Positions 54,770-59,810 of a stretch of DNA of 59,810 nucleotides are shown here, piece after piece. The stretch's first letter is position 1, and every line of letters starts with the position of its first letter. The notes below the pieces were generated by a model. It was given only the letters and a program-made list of their open reading frames with translations, was not told the DNA's origin and did not search any database. The translations under genes and the position numbers were made by a program. Location of the stretch: positions 1 through 59,810 of the forward strand of contig JBHHYN010000005.1 in the NCBI GenBank assembly GCA_046757565.1, read 5' to 3'. The DNA comes from Gammaproteobacteria bacterium. Lineage in GTDB: Bacteria; Pseudomonadota; Gammaproteobacteria; Eutrophobiales; Eutrophobiaceae.

Positions 54770-56098
54770 TCAACTTTTTATTTTAGATCCCTCTGCTTTT
54801 CCGTGATTAATCCGCAACCCGGCCGAACGGGCATGTGCCGTCAGACCCTCACCTTGCGCCAGCATCGATGCGGTCTCTGCAAGAGTTGATGCGGAATTAT
54901 CACTGCACATGAGCAGCGACGAGCGTTTCTGAAAATCATAGACACCCAGAGGGGAGAAAAAACGCGCTGTCCGCGCCGTCGGCAAAACATGGTTCGGACC
55001 GGCACAATAATCTCCCAATACCACGGCTGAATACCGTCCCATGAATATGGCGCCGGCATGCCTTATCCGGCCCAACAAAGCGTGTGGATCAGAGACCGAG
55101 AGTTCAAGATGTTCGGGGGCGATTCGATTGGCAATATCAACCGCTTCATCCAGATCTCCGATCTGGATGAATGCTCCGTTTTTCTCCAGTGAAGCCCTGA
55201 TAATGTCTGCGCGCTCCAGCCCGGGCAGCAATTTTTCAATACTGTTCATTACTGCGTCGATATCCCCGGCTTCCGTACTGACCAGTATCGCCCTTGCCTC
55301 CTCATCGTGCTCGGCCTGCGCGCACAAATCCATTGCCACCCAGTCAGGATCTGTGCTGCCATCGCTCAGTACCACTACTTCCGAAGGGCCTGCAACCATG
55401 TCGATCCCGACCCTGCCAAATAGCTGCCGCTTCGCTTCAGCGACATAACGATTGCCCGGACCGACTATTTTGTCGACTGCCGGGATGGTTTTTGTACCAT
55501 AGGCCAGTGCAGCGATGGCCTGGGCGCCACCAATGGAAAAAACCCGGTTGACGCCTGCAAGCCTTGCCGCCGCCAGAACAAGGGTATTTAATTCCCCGGC
55601 CGGAGCAGGGACCACCATGATCACTTCGCCTACGCCGGCAACACGGGCGGGAATGACATTCATCAGTACTGACGAAGGGTAGGCCGCCTTGCCGCCGGGA
55701 ATGTAGACTCCTAATTTATCCAGCGGTGTCACCTGTTGTCCCAGCCAGTTACCTTCATCATCGGTATACGACCATGACTCGACCCGCTGATGTTCATGAT
55801 AACGACGAATACGCCTGCATGCATCTTCAAGTGCTTCATGTAATTGCTGCGGAATTTCGGAAACAGCCGCCTCTATTTTTTCGGAGGGGACTTCCAAATC
55901 CACGATACCGGCATCACGTTGATCGAAATGATTTGTATATTCCAGCAACGCCTCATCACCACGCAACTTTACCTCCCTGAGTATCGCACTAACAGTCTCT
56001 GTCACTTCCTGCAGCGGTTCATCCATCGAGGACAGCAAGCGATTAAGTTTTATTGCAAAATCCTTCTCTGTACTGGTGTAGCGTTTTATTTCAATCAT
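54770..56098 (-). CDS. hisD: Histidinol dehydrogenase
   Basis: [44 protein letters not shown]. Confidence 0.97.
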   Translation of the reverse strand: MIEIKRYTSTEKDFAIKLNRLLSSMDEPLQEVTETVSAILREVKLRGDEALLEYTNHFDQRDAGIVDLEVPSEKIEAAVSEIPQQLHEALEDACRRIRRYHEHQRVESWSYTDDEGNWLGQQVTPLDKLGVYIPGGKAAYPSSVLMNVIPARVAGVGEVIMVVPAPAGELNTLVLAAARLAGVNRVFSIGGAQAIAALAYGTKTIPAVDKIVGPGNRYVAEAKRQLFGRVGIDMVAGPSEVVVLSDGSTDPDWVAMDLCAQAEHDEEARAILVSTEAGDIDAVMNSIEKLLPGLERADIIRASLEKNGAFIQIGDLDEAVDIANRIAPEHLELSVSDPHALLGRIRHAGAIFMGRYSAVVLGDYCAGPNHVLPTARTARFFSPLGVYDFQKRSSLLMCSDNSASTLAETASMLAQGEGLTAHARSAGLRINHGKAEGSKIKS

Positions 56099-56727
56099 GT
56101 CGCAACGGCAGCAGCCATACGTTGCACAAAAGGTTTAATGACGGACCGATTCATCTTCATTGCCGCCTTGTTGACGACGAGGCGCGAACTGATGTCTGCA
56201 ATCTTGGCTAGCGTGATCAATCCATTGGCCTTGAGGGTATTACCGGTATCCACCAGATCCACGATTTGATCGGCAAGCCCAAGCACCGGCGCCAGTTCCA
56301 TTGATCCGTATAATTTAATAATCTCGACTTGCTCGCCATGCTCCGCGAAGTAATTACGGGTAGTAGTAATATATTTTGTCGCAACGCGTAAGCGTCCCTG
56401 TATAGTTTGATTTTTTTTCAATCCGGCCAGCATCATTCTGCAACGTGCAATGCCTAAATCTACAGGCTCATAGAGTTCATCGCCGTCGTATTCCAGCAAC
56501 ACATCCTTACCGGCGATGCCGGCGTCCGCCGCCCCGTATTCGACATAAGTCGGCACATCCGCCGCCCGGATAATGATTAACTTTATCCCGGGCTGATTGG
56601 TTTCAAGCACAAGTTTACGCGACGTTAGCGGATCTTCTTCAGGAACGATATCCAACCTTGCCAGTAACGGCAATGATTCCTGCAGAATACGCCCCTTCGA
56701 TATGGCAATTGTCAGATTATCACCCAT
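56095..56727 (-). CDS. hisG: ATP phosphoribosyltransferase, short (HisZ-dependent) form
   Basis: 210 aa; [31 protein letters not shown]. Confidence 0.95.
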   Translation of the reverse strand: MGDNLTIAISKGRILQESLPLLARLDIVPEEDPLTSRKLVLETNQPGIKLIIIRAADVPTYVEYGAADAGIAGKDVLLEYDGDELYEPVDLGIARCRMMLAGLKKNQTIQGRLRVATKYITTTRNYFAEHGEQVEIIKLYGSMELAPVLGLADQIVDLVDTGNTLKANGLITLAKIADISSRLVVNKAAMKMNRSVIKPFVQRMAAAVAT

Positions 56728-56793
56728 TTATCTCAGCCATCAGCTGCTAGTAACAGAATTCAGAACTCTCTGATTTAACCGGATAGTCCTTAT

Positions 56794-56827
56794 TTTCCAC
56801 TTTTTACTTTTTACTTTTTACTTTTTA

Positions 56828-56828
<1 letters not shown>
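56794..56828. repeat. Heptamer tandem repeat (TTTTTAC)x4 plus one variant
   Basis: Four perfect units at 56801-56828, sharing one base with the murA stop codon. Confidence 0.85.
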
Positions 56829-58361
<1,533 letters not shown>

Positions 58362-58400
58362 GATTATTCGCCTGTTAATAGAGTCTTCTCGTCATTTCTA

Positions 58401-58558
58401 GGGTCTTCAGCAGAATCTGTGGGTTGATATATAAACAGTAGCCCGTCATTCCCGTGAAAACGGGAATGACGGTATTTATGACTTGAATCCGCCTCTCTAT
58501 TTAATCAGTTTTTATTCAAAAGTCTTTCTTGTTAACCCACAGATTCTGCTGAAGAGCC
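58401..58558. mobile_element. ISL3-type MITE, 158 bp, with 8-bp target-site duplication
   Basis: TIRs GGGTCTTCAGCAGAATCTGTGGGTTGA and GGCTCTTCAGCAGAATCTGTGGGTTAA (25/27); flanked by CATTTCTA at 58393-58400 and 58559-58566; second copy at 1-57. Confidence 0.92.
58443..58472. repeat. REP-like perfect hairpin inside the MITE
   Basis: CCGTCATTCCCG-TGAAAA-CGGGAATGACGG, a 12-bp perfect stem. Confidence 0.8.
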
Positions 58559-58571
58559 CATTTCTAATATT

Positions 58572-59810
58572 GGTTCTTCCCCTGATCGAGTGGGTAGTTT
58601 ATCGTAATGGGCATGAGAGACAAAGAACTGTATAAGCAAATAATGGGGATACACAGTCCCTGGGAAGTGACAGAAGTTGAATTATCAGTGGAGGCAGAAG
58701 AAGTGAGGGTCCATGGCGCACAAGCAGCAGGGACACAACAAACCTGCCCGCATTGCGGTACGCCCTGCTCAGGCTATGACAAGCGTTACCGGACATGGCG
58801 GCATTTGGATACCTGTCAGTTCAAGACGCTATTGGTGGCGGAGGTGCCGCGGGTGAAATGCTCAGAGCATGGTGTTGTGACGGTAGTTGTGCCGTGGGCG
58901 GAATCGGGCTCGGGATTCACCGCGCTGTATGAAGCCTTAGTGATAGATTGGCTTAAGGAGGCGTCTATCCAGGCGGTTTCACGGCGATTATCGTTAAGTT
59001 GGAATGCGATAGATGGAATCATGCAACGCGCTGTGAAACGGGGGTTGGCCCGCCGACAGACTGAATCGGTCTCCCATATAGGGGTGGATGAAACCTCCTT
59101 CAAGAAGGGACACGATTACGTCACAGTGGTCTCGGACGGTAAGCGGGTACTGCATGTGGCCGATGAGCGCAAGAGCAGCAGTCTGGCCAGTTATTACGCC
59201 ACACTCACGAACGAACAGAAGGCCGGGATTGTGAGCGTATCGATGGACATGTGGCCTGCTTACATCAAGGCCACCCTGGAAAATATTCCCGATGCTAGAG
59301 CCAAGATCGCGTTTGATAAATTTCATGTCGCCAAGTATCTGGGTGAAGCGGTAGATAAGGTACGCAAGCACGAGCACAAGGTTTTGATGGAGGAAGGCTG
59401 GGAAGACCGCAAAGGCACCAAGTACGTCTGGTTGACCAACCTGAGCAATCTGAGTCGTAAAAGGCAGTGTGAGTTCAAGGTATTGAGAGAAAGCACGCTG
59501 AAGACGGCACGTGCCTGGGCCATCAAAGATCTGGCCATGCGCCTGTGGAATTATGTCAGCCGCACCTGGGCGGAGAAGCGTTGGAAGCAGTGGTTATCGT
59601 GGGCGGTTCGATGCCGGTTGGAACCGATTAGAGCGGTTGCCAAACTCATTAAAACGCATCTTTGGGGTATCCTCAATGCCATCTTATTAAGGGTGTCAAA
59701 CGGCGGTGCGGAAAGTATCAACAGCCGGATCAAGATGATCAAAATACGTGGCCGGGGATTTCGCAATAAAGCCCGTTACATAAATGCCATTTACTTCCAT
59801 ATGGGCAGGC
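58572..59810 (+). mobile_element. ISL3-family insertion sequence, right end outside the window
   Basis: Left end GGTTCTTCCCCTGATCGAGTGGGT followed by a transposase ORF. Confidence 0.9.
58613..59810 (+). CDS. ISL3-family transposase (partial, absent from the ORF track)
   Basis: Manual translation MRDKELYKQIMGIHSPW..CPHCG..WRHLDTCQ..PRVKC..H..PWA..IGVDE..SMDMWPAY..FDKFHV..SNGGAESINSRIK..RGFRN; open to the window end. Confidence 0.93.
   Translation, partial: MRDKELYKQIMGIHSPWEVTEVELSVEAEEVRVHGAQAAGTQQTCPHCGTPCSGYDKRYRTWRHLDTCQFKTLLVAEVPRVKCSEHGVVTVVVPWAESGSGFTALYEALVIDWLKEASIQAVSRRLSLSWNAIDGIMQRAVKRGLARRQTESVSHIGVDETSFKKGHDYVTVVSDGKRVLHVADERKSSSLASYYATLTNEQKAGIVSVSMDMWPAYIKATLENIPDARAKIAFDKFHVAKYLGEAVDKVRKHEHKVLMEEGWEDRKGTKYVWLTNLSNLSRKRQCEFKVLRESTLKTARAWAIKDLAMRLWNYVSRTWAEKRWKQWLSWAVRCRLEPIRAVAKLIKTHLWGILNAILLRVSNGGAESINSRIKMIKIRGRGFRNKARYINAIYFHMGR

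Noticed and set aside
58816-59766. Minus-strand ORFs at the right end
   Set aside because: Antisense shadows of the ISL3 transposase, which the ORF track missed because it has no stop codon inside the window.

Overview
A ~60 kb stretch of core chromosome from a Gammaproteobacterium. Gene order: glnA, lysA-lptM, rhlB/trxA-rho, an uncharacterised two-gene operon divergent from clpB, pilBCD-coaE-zapD-yacG, Nudix/ThiE fusion, argJ, secA, M23 peptidase, DciA, lpxC, the complete dcw cluster (mraZ to ftsZ), rnpB, rsmI, lpoA-yraN-gmhA-dolP, a macrodomain gene, sspA, petABC, degS, hisGDC, murA, ibaG, and an ISL3 element running off the right edge. No CRISPR array, rRNA or tRNA was seen. The unusual features are: (1) an unannotated two-gene module with a non-canonical zincin-like motif, sharing a CIRCE-like/sigma32 control region with clpB; (2) an RNase P RNA of about 480 nt with long palindromic extensions in both P3 and P12; (3) many small non-autonomous elements, including an ISL3-type MITE with an 8-bp target duplication (two copies, one next to an autonomous ISL3), several terminal-inverted-repeat elements at stop codons, a nested repeat between pilC and pilD, and heptamer arrays at stop codons; (4) a glnA that looks foreign but sits under a clean sigma54/NtrC promoter; (5) motif anomalies in LysA (EPGR to APGR) and PilB (tetracysteine Zn site lost). 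All calls come from reading the sequence by eye; no searches were run.
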